Origin: a virus
Direction: 5' to 3' (one strand)
DNA: 64,000 nucleotides
Virus record (IMG/VR): IMGVR_UViG_3300000095_000002
Coordinates: 1,258 to 65,257 of that record
Below, one piece after another: positions 9,867 to 19,796 of the stretch (position 1 is its first letter; each line of letters opens with the position of its first letter). The notes under the pieces are model-generated. The model had not been told where the DNA came from, searched no databases, and saw only the letters and a program-made list of their open reading frames with translations. The position numbers and the translations under genes are program-made.

Positions 9867-10292
9867 ATGCTCATTCAATCAAAGATTACAACTCTTCAAG
9901 TAGTAAGAGATTGTACTAAAGAAAAACCTCAGATATATTTGAGAAATTCTAAACATTCTATAAGAGATACTATTCCTGTCCTATTAGATATAACGTCTAA
10001 GGAACCTATCAAATTAAACAATATAGGATTAACATTTAAGTTATATCATCAATTGAGTGGATTACTACTTAAACAATATGATACTACTAGCTTTGTGTTT
10101 CCTATAGTAGAAATGAGTTCTATAAGAGCTATTCTCTATATAAATGGAGTAGATATTAAGACCTTCTATCAAAATAAGACTTTAGAGTTTCCTAATAAAC
10201 TTCAGAGTATTAGCTACGCTTTAGATATATCCGTTAAGACTACTCAAAATATTTCAAATTATACAGACTCAGGAGAATTTTATGTCTATTAA
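9867..10292 (+). CDS. Hypothetical virion-associated protein (BppU/Ig-like beta fold possible)
   Basis: Clean ORF ending YALDI...DSGEFYVY, a C-terminus resembling those of 10282 and 17357. Confidence 0.5.
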   Translation: MLIQSKITTLQVVRDCTKEKPQIYLRNSKHSIRDTIPVLLDITSKEPIKLNNIGLTFKLYHQLSGLLLKQYDTTSFVFPIVEMSSIRAILYINGVDIKTFYQNKTLEFPNKLQSISYALDISVKTTQNISNYTDSGEFYVY

Positions 10293-10683
10293 AACTACTA
10301 CTTATAGAGAATGGAGAGATAATCGTTTAGCAGGTTCAATAGTTCCAAGATCAGATGATTTACCTTTAGGAGTTAGTTTAGAATCTATGGATAATCCTTC
10401 TATCTTAGGAGCTGGAGTATCTATTAATTTCACAGTATTTACTAATACTTCTACTACTAACTTTGGTGTTGGCAATTATGGTACTTATAGTGGGTTATCT
10501 CCAATAGTTATAGAACCTAACAAAATCATCTTTAAAGGTTTAGTAGAAAAAGAAGTTATTCAATCGAAGTTAGACCCAAAGCTAGATTCTTCTATTTATT
10601 TCGTTACTAAAGCAGTGTTTCCAGATACAGCAGAAGTAACTATAGATGAAGGATATTTCACGTCCAAAGTTACATTGATATAA
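10282..10683 (+). CDS. Hypothetical virion-associated protein
   Basis: Overlaps the previous gene, is beta-rich and ends TIDEGYF. Confidence 0.5.
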   Translation: MSIKTTTYREWRDNRLAGSIVPRSDDLPLGVSLESMDNPSILGAGVSINFTVFTNTSTTNFGVGNYGTYSGLSPIVIEPNKIIFKGLVEKEVIQSKLDPKLDSSIYFVTKAVFPDTAEVTIDEGYFTSKVTLI

Positions 10684-10693
10684 GAAAAAAAAT

Positions 10694-11449
10694 ATGAAAC
10701 TTAAGATTATTAATAGAACTCCATTAAAAAGTAGAGCTATACCATTTATTGAGTTACAACCACGTTATCTCTATTGGTTAGACACTAATACTGAGATTGA
10801 TGTAGAAATTATACGAGAGAAAGATGCTCATTACGAAGTTAAATTATCTACTAACTTTCCTGATTCTCCTGTAGGTATTAGAACTTGGTTTATCTATAAG
10901 GAACACGTAGAAGTAATAGAGGATAAAAAGAAATCTACTAAGAATATACTTAAAACTGATTATTACTATCAACTAGATAATAACTATCAACCTTACACAT
11001 CTTGTTTCTTAACTTGTGTAGCAATGCTCTTATCTTTCTATAAGGTGAAGGTAACGCCAGATGAACTATATAATAAATGTCTAGATTTAGGATACGATAG
11101 ATTTTCTCATCAGGATATTGAAGCGATTATCAAAAGTTATGGTGTTAACTATTATGCTACTACTTCTGGTACTTTTGAAGAATTAAAAAACACTCTAAAA
11201 ACTGCTCCTGTAATTATTGGTACTTATCTTACTGAAGCTAGTCACATTGTTTTAGCAGTAGGTTATGATAATTCTGCGTATGACGATAGAGGAGCTTTTG
11301 TAATTAACGATCCTAATGGAGAGTTTACTCATAACGGCTATATCCATACTCCTACAGCAGGAAAAGAGACTTTATACTCCTACGCTCTTATGGCTCAGGT
11401 AGCTGCACCAGAAGGAGATGGAAATTATTGGTTACATTTACCGGAATAA
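10694..11449 (+). CDS. Endolysin, peptidase C39-like
   Basis: YYYQLDN...SCFLTCVAMLL...HIVLAVGYD...INDPNG. The N-terminal HYEVKL...TWFIYKEHVE domain is typical of cyanobacterial cell-wall proteins. Confidence 0.8.
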   Translation: MKLKIINRTPLKSRAIPFIELQPRYLYWLDTNTEIDVEIIREKDAHYEVKLSTNFPDSPVGIRTWFIYKEHVEVIEDKKKSTKNILKTDYYYQLDNNYQPYTSCFLTCVAMLLSFYKVKVTPDELYNKCLDLGYDRFSHQDIEAIIKSYGVNYYATTSGTFEELKNTLKTAPVIIGTYLTEASHIVLAVGYDNSAYDDRGAFVINDPNGEFTHNGYIHTPTAGKETLYSYALMAQVAAPEGDGNYWLHLPE

Positions 11450-11453
11450 AACA

Positions 11454-11738
11454 ATGAAACATAAAATGAAACGTTCTCTATATTTCACTAAAACATTTCT
11501 ATTTTCTCTTTTACTTTATCTTTCAGTTATTTATACTCCATTAATTAACTTTGCTTATGAACATAAATTAAGTAGAGGAGATTTAGAAGCAATAGTTATT
11601 GGTACTTTTAGTTTCTTTGGAGTTAGCAATGGAAGATTAAGAGTTAACGAAGATATTAGAAGAAGTGCTGAAACTGGAGAACCTATAGGATTACTTACAA
11701 CTAAAGTAGTTCCTAGTAAGAGAAAAGAAGAGGTGTAA
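11454..11738 (+). CDS. Holin (2 TM, putative)
   Basis: Two hydrophobic segments, a basic C-terminus, and a position right after the endolysin. Likely starts are 11454 and 11466. Confidence 0.6.
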   Translation: MKHKMKRSLYFTKTFLFSLLLYLSVIYTPLINFAYEHKLSRGDLEAIVIGTFSFFGVSNGRLRVNEDIRRSAETGEPIGLLTTKVVPSKRKEEV

Positions 11739-11742
11739 GTTA

Positions 11743-13287
11743 ATGGTTATATTTAGTCTATTACTTGAAAAAGTTGAAGATGATTATTACTACCGATATA
11801 TTAGCGACAACGTTACTTATTATATACCTTCATACAAAACTGATAGACTAAATAAACCTATTAGCGAATTTGAGTCTTTTGAAGATTATACTAATATTCA
11901 TGAGTTTTTAGATAAAGTCTATATTGATGGTGAAAATAGAGAAGATTATATAGTTAGTGAAGCTAAAGATACTAAAGAAATATCTATAACTATTATTGGA
12001 TATAAATATGAAAACTTTATTGTTCTTATAGGAAGTCATAAATCTGATGTTCTATTAGAAGAGACTTTATTTAAAGAAGATTATATATTTCTAATTAGAT
12101 GGAGAGATAGTAAAGAAGATTTAATAGATGATATATCAGATAATGTAGTTAATCTTTTAGGATATAGCAAACGAGAAATACTATCTAAACCTTATATAGA
12201 ACTTATACATCCTGACGATATTGATTTATTTAAACAGGAATTAGCAGAACATCTTAGAGAAAGTAGTCCTTCTTTTTATCAAAGATATAGATTACTAGCT
12301 AAATCTGGAAAAGCTATTACTATTCTCGACCATTCATGTCAGATCTTTAAAGGAGATAGTAAAAAGACGATTGGTTATCTGAGAGATATTACTGTAGAAA
12401 CTCAAATGTCTACTAGATTAACTGAGTTAGTACACTTAGATGAAGAAGATTTTAATAGTAGTCTCTTAATTAAGATTGAATGGGATTCTGAATATAGAAT
12501 AGTACGTTGGAATACTGAAGCTCAAGATTTAATTGGTTGGGGTCACGAAATCCTTGGTAAAAGTATTAGAGAACTCAATTTATTTTCTGATGCAGATTCT
12601 ATTAAAATGCAAGGTCAATTCAAACGATTATTTGCAAAAGAAGTAGATAACGTAATTAGTAGTTTTAGAATTCAAAAGAAAGAAGGTGGATTTATAGATA
12701 CTAAATGGTCTAATCGTTTAATTACTAGAGAAGGTAAATTAAGAATTGTATCTTCCGTCATTGATAAAAGTCAAGAAACTCTATTAACTACTCGCTTAGA
12801 TGAAATGGAAGGTCGTTCTGATTTACTTCTAAAAACTTTAGAAAATACACATCTATCTAATGATGTCTTTACTAAATTAATGCACAACCCCCTTACTGGA
12901 AATCCGGAAGGACTTATTAAAGCTGAGATTATCATCAGAAAGTTAGAAGAAGAAATTACTAGATTGAATAATACCATCTTCTACAATAACGATAATAATC
13001 TAATGAGTGATATTGCTTTCCTAAAAAATGAAGAACGTGTATTAAAAGATAAAATTAATAAAGTAGAAGAAAGTAATAAGAAGTTGTCTGAACAGTTAGA
13101 TGATTTATTAAACGTAAATATATTAACTCTATTTAAGAATTTAGATTTTAAGAAAGTTGTAGCAATAATTATATCTGGTTATTTAATATTTGGTCAGTTT
13201 GTACCAGCTCTATATCCAAGATTAGTTAAACCTCTATTTCAAGAATATAACAGAGAAATGAAAGAGTTAGAAAGTGGTAAAAAATAA
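11743..13287 (+). CDS. PAS-PAS / coiled-coil / C-terminal TM protein in the lysis cassette
   Basis: PAS1 is LLGYS...IHPDD...YRLLAKSGK...GYLRDIT. PAS2 is IEWDSEYRIVRWNTEAQDLIGW...KKEGGFIDTKW. TM is VVAIIISGYLIFGQFVPAL. No kinase or cyclase domain is present. Confidence 0.8.
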   Translation: MVIFSLLLEKVEDDYYYRYISDNVTYYIPSYKTDRLNKPISEFESFEDYTNIHEFLDKVYIDGENREDYIVSEAKDTKEISITIIGYKYENFIVLIGSHKSDVLLEETLFKEDYIFLIRWRDSKEDLIDDISDNVVNLLGYSKREILSKPYIELIHPDDIDLFKQELAEHLRESSPSFYQRYRLLAKSGKAITILDHSCQIFKGDSKKTIGYLRDITVETQMSTRLTELVHLDEEDFNSSLLIKIEWDSEYRIVRWNTEAQDLIGWGHEILGKSIRELNLFSDADSIKMQGQFKRLFAKEVDNVISSFRIQKKEGGFIDTKWSNRLITREGKLRIVSSVIDKSQETLLTTRLDEMEGRSDLLLKTLENTHLSNDVFTKLMHNPLTGNPEGLIKAEIIIRKLEEEITRLNNTIFYNNDNNLMSDIAFLKNEERVLKDKINKVEESNKKLSEQLDDLLNVNILTLFKNLDFKKVVAIIISGYLIFGQFVPALYPRLVKPLFQEYNREMKELESGKK

Positions 13288-13700
13288 TGTGGCGACCATT
13301 TGATAGTCCAAAGAAAAGACGTGAAAGATTTATAAAAAAGAATAGTCCGTATCTAGTTCCTTTAGCTGTAGGAGCATTAGCAGCCGGAGCAGATGAGAAC
13401 GCTACTGGTAGACAAAGACTTAAAAGAGGATTGGTCACTGGTGGTCAAACTTTTGCTGCAATGAAAACTGCTGGAGTATTCGCTAATAGAAAAAGTAAAG
13501 AAAACTATTATAAAGGTACTATTCTACCAACTATTCAACAAGCTAAAGGAATAGCTAATAGTGGAGTAAACGTCAGTAGAGAACTGAGAGGTAGAGAAGT
13601 GTGGAATCTCAAAAAATCAGGTTTATTAAAAAAAGCTAAAAATATTAAAAAAGAAGCGCAATTACTTCTCCCTTCTTCTAGTAGACCTAAGATATTTTAA
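13287..13700 (+). CDS. Basic Gly/Ala-rich protein (same family)
   Basis: YLVPLAVGALAAGA flanked by K/R-rich segments. Confidence 0.65.
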   Translation: MWRPFDSPKKRRERFIKKNSPYLVPLAVGALAAGADENATGRQRLKRGLVTGGQTFAAMKTAGVFANRKSKENYYKGTILPTIQQAKGIANSGVNVSRELRGREVWNLKKSGLLKKAKNIKKEAQLLLPSSSRPKIF

Positions 13701-13702
13701 TT

Positions 13703-14296
13703 ATGTACAAATATATAACGATTGAAAAAATTCAAAGAAGTTTAGGTAGGAGAGCTAATGTATTTAATAGTGATTTGATTCCTAGTGACAATGTATCTGT
13801 TATATCTAGCAATATAGATGTCGAATTAATACATGATTTGATAGTTAGAAATGAAACTCTTATAGATACGTATTTCGGAATGATTTATGTTCTTCCTATA
13901 GATAGTAGAGATATTCCACTTATCGAACCTATATTAGAAGGTTTTGTTATTAATGATTTAATGATGAGAGTTTATGACCAAGGAATGATTGCTTCTCTAG
14001 GAGGAGATGGAGGCTTTGGTTCTACTATATATCAAAAAGCTAAGGAATTACTTAAAGGATATTTTATTGGTACGGGCATTTATATACCAGGAATATCAGC
14101 TCCAGAAGATAGTGGATATGGAAAAGAAGCCTATCCTTTACTTCTACCTTATACACCTCAATTAACTAATAGAAGAGATAATATTACTAGGAACTATACA
14201 GTAATAGGAACGTATCAAAATAATAGAAGAAATATGGAATTTGACTTTAGAGAAAATAAGTCTAGAGTATTTGGTATAGAAGAAAGATATTGGTAG
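13703..14296 (+). CDS. Head-tail adaptor, Mu gp36/DUF1320-like
   Basis: YITIEKI...LIDTYFGMIYVLPI...YQKAKELLK. Confidence 0.65.
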   Translation: MYKYITIEKIQRSLGRRANVFNSDLIPSDNVSVISSNIDVELIHDLIVRNETLIDTYFGMIYVLPIDSRDIPLIEPILEGFVINDLMMRVYDQGMIASLGGDGGFGSTIYQKAKELLKGYFIGTGIYIPGISAPEDSGYGKEAYPLLLPYTPQLTNRRDNITRNYTVIGTYQNNRRNMEFDFRENKSRVFGIEERYW

Positions 14297-14308
14297 TAAA
14301 TAAAAATA

Positions 14309-14803
14309 ATGAGAAAGAGAACTACTTTTATAAACACTACTAACTCGTCTTACTTATTCGGTAGACCTAAGAAACCTTCTAGACTTAAAAGTGCTGCTAT
14401 AGGAGCTGGAGTTGGGGCTGCTGCTGGTTATAATGCTGGAGGAATAGCTGGTGGGGTAATGGGTGGTTTACGTGGAGCTACTGATAGTTTTGTACGTAAA
14501 AATGGATATAACTCTCTCCTTACTAGAGCTAAACGATATGCTTCTACCTCTTTCGCTGGTAAAGTCTCTAATGATGCTAAGACTATTGGTACTCTCTCAG
14601 GCGCTACAGGTGGATTGACTGGAGCTGTCAGGGGAGGTATTCGTGGACTTAAAGGTGGTTGGAAAGGTGCTTTAGGTGGAGCAATAAATCAAGGAGCTAA
14701 AAGTGCATGGAAAGCTGGTAAGAGAGGAGCTGCTATTGGCGCAGGTATTGGTGGACTTAGAGGATTAAAGAGAAAGAAAAACTATTTACTTCCTATCTCT
14801 TAA
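14309..14803 (+). CDS. Basic glycine-zipper protein (same family)
   Basis: SSYLFGRPKK followed by repeated GxxxG segments (AAIGAGVGAAAG, GAAIGAGIGG). Confidence 0.7.
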   Translation: MRKRTTFINTTNSSYLFGRPKKPSRLKSAAIGAGVGAAAGYNAGGIAGGVMGGLRGATDSFVRKNGYNSLLTRAKRYASTSFAGKVSNDAKTIGTLSGATGGLTGAVRGGIRGLKGGWKGALGGAINQGAKSAWKAGKRGAAIGAGIGGLRGLKRKKNYLLPIS

Positions 14804-14839
14804 AATTAGCAATATAGTTTAATTCTCTTCACTCTTAAA

Positions 14840-15166
14840 ATGACTAAACCTAAATGTAGATATCGACAAAGATTTAATACTTGGAAAAGAAGTAGAGAAG
14901 CTTCTGAAGTTAGTAGAAGTCTTATAAGAAAAGCTCTTTATCTATGTCCAATCTGTAGAAATCCATTATCTCTAGGAGAAGGTCACTTATTCCACATCAT
15001 ACCTATTAAACTACTATCTCAATATAATTGTATGAGTTTAGTATCTAGCGAATATAATCTTCTATATTCTTGTAAGAAGTGTAATTTAAAGCAGAGAAGT
15101 GAGATATATACTGAATGTCTAGAAGATAATCTCTTAACTCTATGGAATAAACTAAAAAATAAATGA
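14840..15166 (+). CDS. HNH endonuclease
   Basis: CPIC...HLFHIIP...NLLYSCKKCN. Confidence 0.8.
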   Translation: MTKPKCRYRQRFNTWKRSREASEVSRSLIRKALYLCPICRNPLSLGEGHLFHIIPIKLLSQYNCMSLVSSEYNLLYSCKKCNLKQRSEIYTECLEDNLLTLWNKLKNK

Positions 15167-15169
15167 ACA

Positions 15170-15679
15170 ATGAATAACGCACTAAAAGTAGACAAAATAT
15201 TTAATTGGCAATCTAATTATCAAAACTCTATAAGAAATAATAATTGTCACATACAAATATATTCTCCTCTATATGATTTTGATATAACTACAAAACGTAT
15301 AAAAGAAAATCGTAGATATCTAAATCCTAAAGAATATGAATTAGTCATAGCTAGTGATTTTGATGATCATAGTAATGGCTCTATTACTACTGAGATTTAT
15401 TCTCTAGCATCTAAGGTTATATTAGAAAACACTTTATTAGTTCCACATACTATCTGGATTAATAAATATGAACAACATCATGAAGGTCTATTCAATTTCG
15501 ACTATAAGATTTCTTTAGTAGAGATAAACGTTAATTATATAGGAAATGAGAGTTTTACTTATTATCCTATATGGCAAGATGAATTAGACTACTTAATCAC
15601 TGGAGATCCTATATATTTTAGAGAAGTTTGCTCTAGTGGATGGAATCAATTATATGAAAGATGGAAGAGTAAATTGTGA
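15170..15679 (+). CDS. Hypothetical protein
   Basis: Clean ORF with the pattern CHIQIY...VIASDFDDHSNGSIT. Confidence 0.55.
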   Translation: MNNALKVDKIFNWQSNYQNSIRNNNCHIQIYSPLYDFDITTKRIKENRRYLNPKEYELVIASDFDDHSNGSITTEIYSLASKVILENTLLVPHTIWINKYEQHHEGLFNFDYKISLVEINVNYIGNESFTYYPIWQDELDYLITGDPIYFREVCSSGWNQLYERWKSKL

Positions 15680-16440
15680 GTGATATAAAGTTTGTAGGAC
15701 AAGTTTCTTCTACTTATCTATTTGGTAGAGGTAGAGGAAAAGATAAGCAAAAAAGAAAACGAAGAATTATTAACGCTCTTAAAGGTGCCGGACTTGGAGC
15801 ATTAGGCGGTGCAGTAGGAATAAGTCTAGCTATGAAAGGTGATAGTAGACTATTACGTCATAAGATTATTGATGGTGCAGCGGGTCTAGGAGCATCTGCA
15901 TTAGGTGGAGCAGTATTAGGTAATGCAGTTTTCGATAAAAAATCTGAAAGTAAAAGTCCACTAGGTAGATATAAAGCTTATCAAGAGAAACAAAATAAAA
16001 AAAAGTATAAATCTAGTATTGGTACTCAAAGTTTAGCAGGAGTTGGTGCGGTAATAGGTGCTAAAGCAGGAAGAATAGGTATGCTTACAGAAGCTGCTAA
16101 TCATATACCTATAGGATTAAAAATAGATAAAAACATATCTCAAGAAAAACAACGATTTAATAAAGAAGGAGCCAGAAGTAGATTTGGTAAGATAGTGCAT
16201 GACGCAAAAGTAGGTGCTGCTAGTACGTCTGGAACTTTAGCTTTAAACAATGCAGTTCAACAAGTTCTAAAAGTTAAAAAAACTGGAAATATTAAAAGAG
16301 ATGCTCTAAGTGCAGTTGGTAGAGGTGTCGCAGGTGCTATCTATGGTGGAGCTAAAGGTGTGGTTATAGGTGGTAGTCTTGGCTCTGGTGTAGGTTTAGC
16401 CAGAGGATTCGTTCAACCAAATAAAAAGAAAAGTAAATAA
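15676..16440 (+). CDS. Basic glycine-zipper protein (same family)
   Basis: SSTYLFGRGRGKDKQKRKRR followed by several GxxxG helices. GTG start. Confidence 0.7.
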   Translation: MSDIKFVGQVSSTYLFGRGRGKDKQKRKRRIINALKGAGLGALGGAVGISLAMKGDSRLLRHKIIDGAAGLGASALGGAVLGNAVFDKKSESKSPLGRYKAYQEKQNKKKYKSSIGTQSLAGVGAVIGAKAGRIGMLTEAANHIPIGLKIDKNISQEKQRFNKEGARSRFGKIVHDAKVGAASTSGTLALNNAVQQVLKVKKTGNIKRDALSAVGRGVAGAIYGGAKGVVIGGSLGSGVGLARGFVQPNKKKSK

Positions 16441-16518
16441 CAATTCTTAAATCGAATAATAGAAATTAGTTCTCATTAGATAATTTAGTATAAAAGTAAA
16501 GTTAAAAATTAAAATAAT

Positions 16519-17346
16519 ATGGCAGATAATAAAAGTCCCGCTCAAGCTACAAATTTACTGAACTTCTTAAAAGGTTTAGTCGTTACATCTCCGGTTAATA
16601 ATAATGTTTTCATTGGTCTATCTACTACTCTTCCAACTGCGGAAGGTGGTAATTTCACTGAACCTGCTGGATCTACGGGTTATGCAAAAGTTCAATATGC
16701 AACTGGTGTATCTAACTTCTCAGAACCTAATAAACGTTCATGTTTCAATCAGCAAGAAGTGAAGTTCAATGTTGCTCTTACTCAATATCCTACTGTAGTT
16801 GCTGTAGGTATATTCGATGAAACTAGCGATACCGTTCCCCTCTACTTTGGTTCTATTGATTTAGGTCGAAGTATTGAAACTGGTGATAGAGTATATTTTC
16901 CACCTCAAGGAATCATTATTCATGAAGTTCAACCTACGTTTACTAAATCTGATTATTTAGCAAATGCACAATTGAAACTCTTACGTAATGAAACTTTTGA
17001 AACTCCATCTGAGATTTATTTAGCTCTTGGTACAATGACTCCTACTATGACTGGAGATATTGGTGAACTTACTAATACCAACTCACCTGGTTATGTCCGA
17101 ATTCCTATTCCTTGTAATGCAGCTAATTGGCAAGTTACTGGACGAACTGCGACTAATCTTATGGAATTAGTATTTCCTATGGCAACCGCACCTTGGGAAA
17201 ATATTAAATCGTTTGCTTTACATAGAAGTGCTACTGGCAATACCGATATGCTCTACTGTGGAAGTTTTGGAGAGAACAACACTAAAGTTATTTACCTCAA
17301 AGATAAATTACGAATTCCAGTAGGCGCAATTACAGTTTCAGAATAA
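16519..17346 (+). CDS. Virion structural protein made of two tandem copies of a minor-tail-type domain
   Basis: Both halves read [FY][IL][GA]L.T..PT..G...E......GY......N...+.F..A......[AS][VF][GA]+.....LY.G. Confidence 0.7.
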   Translation: MADNKSPAQATNLLNFLKGLVVTSPVNNNVFIGLSTTLPTAEGGNFTEPAGSTGYAKVQYATGVSNFSEPNKRSCFNQQEVKFNVALTQYPTVVAVGIFDETSDTVPLYFGSIDLGRSIETGDRVYFPPQGIIIHEVQPTFTKSDYLANAQLKLLRNETFETPSEIYLALGTMTPTMTGDIGELTNTNSPGYVRIPIPCNAANWQVTGRTATNLMELVFPMATAPWENIKSFALHRSATGNTDMLYCGSFGENNTKVIYLKDKLRIPVGAITVSE

Positions 17347-17356
17347 GAGGTATATT

Positions 17357-18259
17357 ATGACGGATTACGCACTCCAAGCGAATATATATACTGATTCTTC
17401 TAGTTTAGAGATATCTGATGTCAATTACGATAGAGCATTTAAGGCAACTATAAAGCCAGATAACAGTTCTATGAAGATAGATAAAGTTGAGTATGACAGA
17501 GCATTGATAGCTAATATCTATACTGATAAAAGTAAAATTGCAGCATTGATGTTTAAATATACAGCTTATCTAGCTAATATCTATACTGATAAATCTAAAG
17601 TAAAGGTAGATGCAAAACGTGATTTAGCTATCTCATCTAATATCAAAGTTCAACCTGCTAAGACTAATATTTTTTTAGGTGCAGATAGGTCTTTTACAGC
17701 AAAATTAAATAAAGATAATAGCTCAATTAATATTGTCCCTAAAGTAGATAGAGCATTACAAGCAACTATCGAAACGGATTCTTCTAAATTTAATATTAGT
17801 AAGATTGAACGAGATATATTAACTGAGGCACCAACCGGACAAACCTACGTAATTATTAAAGGGGTAGATGTAAGTCTTAATGGTTATTCGCTAGCTAGAA
17901 ACTCAGTTCATGCTATCAATATCTTGATTTATGGGGATAGATTATCTGAGAAAGGTACAGATATAGAATTTATAGTAAAACGTAATATTTCTGACCCTGA
18001 TGATTCTGCTGTAATCTATAACTCTACTAATGGTAAAGGTATTAAATTTATCCAGGTAAAAGATATTCCTGAAACTGAACTTAAAGAATATAAAGCACAA
18101 ATCCAATTGAAAGAGTCAGATTTCTATTTAATTACTAATCAACGACCTACTAAACTTTATTATGAAGTGAGAGTAATAGATTCATTAGACGGTAGATATC
18201 CCCCAGTAGAAGCTGGATATTTTAATTTAAGTACAACATTAATAGATACGAGATTTTAA
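17357..18259 (+). CDS. Fibre-like structural protein with ~21-22-aa repeats and a C-terminal beta domain
   Basis: About seven copies of D[RY]AL.A.I.TD.S. Confidence 0.65.
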   Translation: MTDYALQANIYTDSSSLEISDVNYDRAFKATIKPDNSSMKIDKVEYDRALIANIYTDKSKIAALMFKYTAYLANIYTDKSKVKVDAKRDLAISSNIKVQPAKTNIFLGADRSFTAKLNKDNSSINIVPKVDRALQATIETDSSKFNISKIERDILTEAPTGQTYVIIKGVDVSLNGYSLARNSVHAINILIYGDRLSEKGTDIEFIVKRNISDPDDSAVIYNSTNGKGIKFIQVKDIPETELKEYKAQIQLKESDFYLITNQRPTKLYYEVRVIDSLDGRYPPVEAGYFNLSTTLIDTRF

Positions 18260-18260
18260 A

Positions 18261-18845
18261 ATGGTAACTCTTTCAGCAGATTTTAGTGGATTAGAAGGAT
18301 TGAGTAAGAAATTTGAAAATGCTTTGAAGCGTAAGAAAGATTTAACTCAGTTAGAAGCAGGTATTAAAGAAGTATTGGTGGAAGATGTAAAGTTACGTTT
18401 TGCTACTGCTCCACTCACTAATAAAGGTGGAATGGCTCATGGTAACGTATTCTGGTCTGCTATGACTCCTAATTGGTTAGCTACTCACCCAGATAGAATG
18501 GGTAAACCACTACTTAAAGATACTGGTAAATTACTTAACTCTTTACTTGTTGGTAATGATGAGTCAGTATTTAGTATGACTAGAGAAGGTTTTCAATTTG
18601 GTACTAAAGTTGCTTATGCCAAAGACCATCAACCAGATTCTATTGGTACAACTATCCCATTAAATCTACTTCAAGATGAAAGAATTACTGATATGTTTAG
18701 GAGTCAGGGTAAACTTGCTCCTAGACCATTTCTCTTTATACATGAAGCACTTAATAATGAGATAGTAGACGTAATATCTGAGTTTATTCTTACTGGAGAA
18801 ACGAGAATTAGAACCAAAGATAATGTAAAGGAATTAAAAGAATGA
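18261..18845 (+). CDS. Virion morphogenesis protein, Mu gpG/P2 gpS-like
   Basis: RF...W...LKDTGKLLNSL...GTKVAYAKDHQ...PRPFL. Confidence 0.85.
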   Translation: MVTLSADFSGLEGLSKKFENALKRKKDLTQLEAGIKEVLVEDVKLRFATAPLTNKGGMAHGNVFWSAMTPNWLATHPDRMGKPLLKDTGKLLNSLLVGNDESVFSMTREGFQFGTKVAYAKDHQPDSIGTTIPLNLLQDERITDMFRSQGKLAPRPFLFIHEALNNEIVDVISEFILTGETRIRTKDNVKELKE

Positions 18846-19375
18846 ATCCTCATACCTTAAATAAACTAATATCTAAACAAAATCTAGGTTCTACTCAGAA
18901 GTTCTCTAGTAATATCGTTATCAATCCTTTAGTAGATGAGACGGTTGATTATATAGCTAAATATCTCTACGAATATATCAATAAAGATTACTCAAATTAT
19001 ATAGAAGCTAATCCGGGAGTACAAAGAATCTTGGGAGACGTAGCAATTAGAACTTATAGAACTTGTGATACTTATAATGTGTCTACTCCTGAGTTTCCAT
19101 TATTAAAGGTTTATAGAACTAATGATGACTGGAGAAATGATAGTTTACTTAGAGCTTCTAATATCTCGATTACTTACTCACTATTAGTTCCACAACAAGA
19201 AAGATTAATGCCTCTCTTAAATTGGGTTAGCTATGAACTTAGAAAACTTTTATTAACTCCAAGTTGTAAAGTCAAGATTGATGGAGGAGTAAGAACTCAA
19301 TATAGAACAATGATTAGTGAGATAGGTCAAAATATGTTTTCCTTTTTACGAGCAGATATATCAATAACTGACTAA
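18842..19375 (+). CDS. Tail completion/terminator protein (putative)
   Basis: Lies between the gpG-like gene and the tail tube; contains FPLLKVYR. Confidence 0.55.
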   Translation: MNPHTLNKLISKQNLGSTQKFSSNIVINPLVDETVDYIAKYLYEYINKDYSNYIEANPGVQRILGDVAIRTYRTCDTYNVSTPEFPLLKVYRTNDDWRNDSLLRASNISITYSLLVPQQERLMPLLNWVSYELRKLLLTPSCKVKIDGGVRTQYRTMISEIGQNMFSFLRADISITD

Positions 19376-19392
19376 AAATAAATAATAAAAAT

Positions 19393-19752
19393 ATGGCAAT
19401 TAGTATAAATTTCAATAGACCAAAATTACAACCTACATTAGAAGAAGTAGTACCAATTACTGCAACTCTAATAGAAAACACTACTGATAAACTTTATGTA
19501 GTAGATATAAAATATACAGTTACTAAGGATGATGCGAGTACAGCAGTTAAAGTTATTAAACGCTTTAAGATTATTCCTGTAATTGTCGGTACTACTATCC
19601 GATTTGATATCACAGAAATTACTTTTCCTCCTACTGCTTCTGATAATCCAACCGATGACCAAGGAACAATTAGCACTCCTATTCGTGGAGCTAGCATTGT
19701 AGATTTAGATAAATTCCTAACTGATATTGGTGATATTAGAAAAAACGCTTAA
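19393..19752 (+). CDS. Hypothetical structural protein
   Basis: Clean ORF in the neck/tail block. Confidence 0.55.
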   Translation: MAISINFNRPKLQPTLEEVVPITATLIENTTDKLYVVDIKYTVTKDDASTAVKVIKRFKIIPVIVGTTIRFDITEITFPPTASDNPTDDQGTISTPIRGASIVDLDKFLTDIGDIRKNA

Positions 19753-19796
19753 TAGATAAAAACAATATATAAATAATATAAAAAATATAAAAATAT

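Noticed and set aside
11743-13287. LOV photoreceptor or histidine kinase
   Set aside because: No NCRFLQ motif, H-box or HATPase domain is visible.
14840-15166. Intron-encoded or mobile homing endonuclease
   Set aside because: It is a small free-standing HNH gene, and the flanking genes are not interrupted.
4428-16440. Bacteriocin/RiPP precursor cluster as the explanation for the Gly-rich peptides together with the C39-like peptidase
   Set aside because: There are no double-glycine leaders and no ABC transporter. The peptidase sits with a holin and resembles phage lysins, and the peptides are coupled to virion genes.
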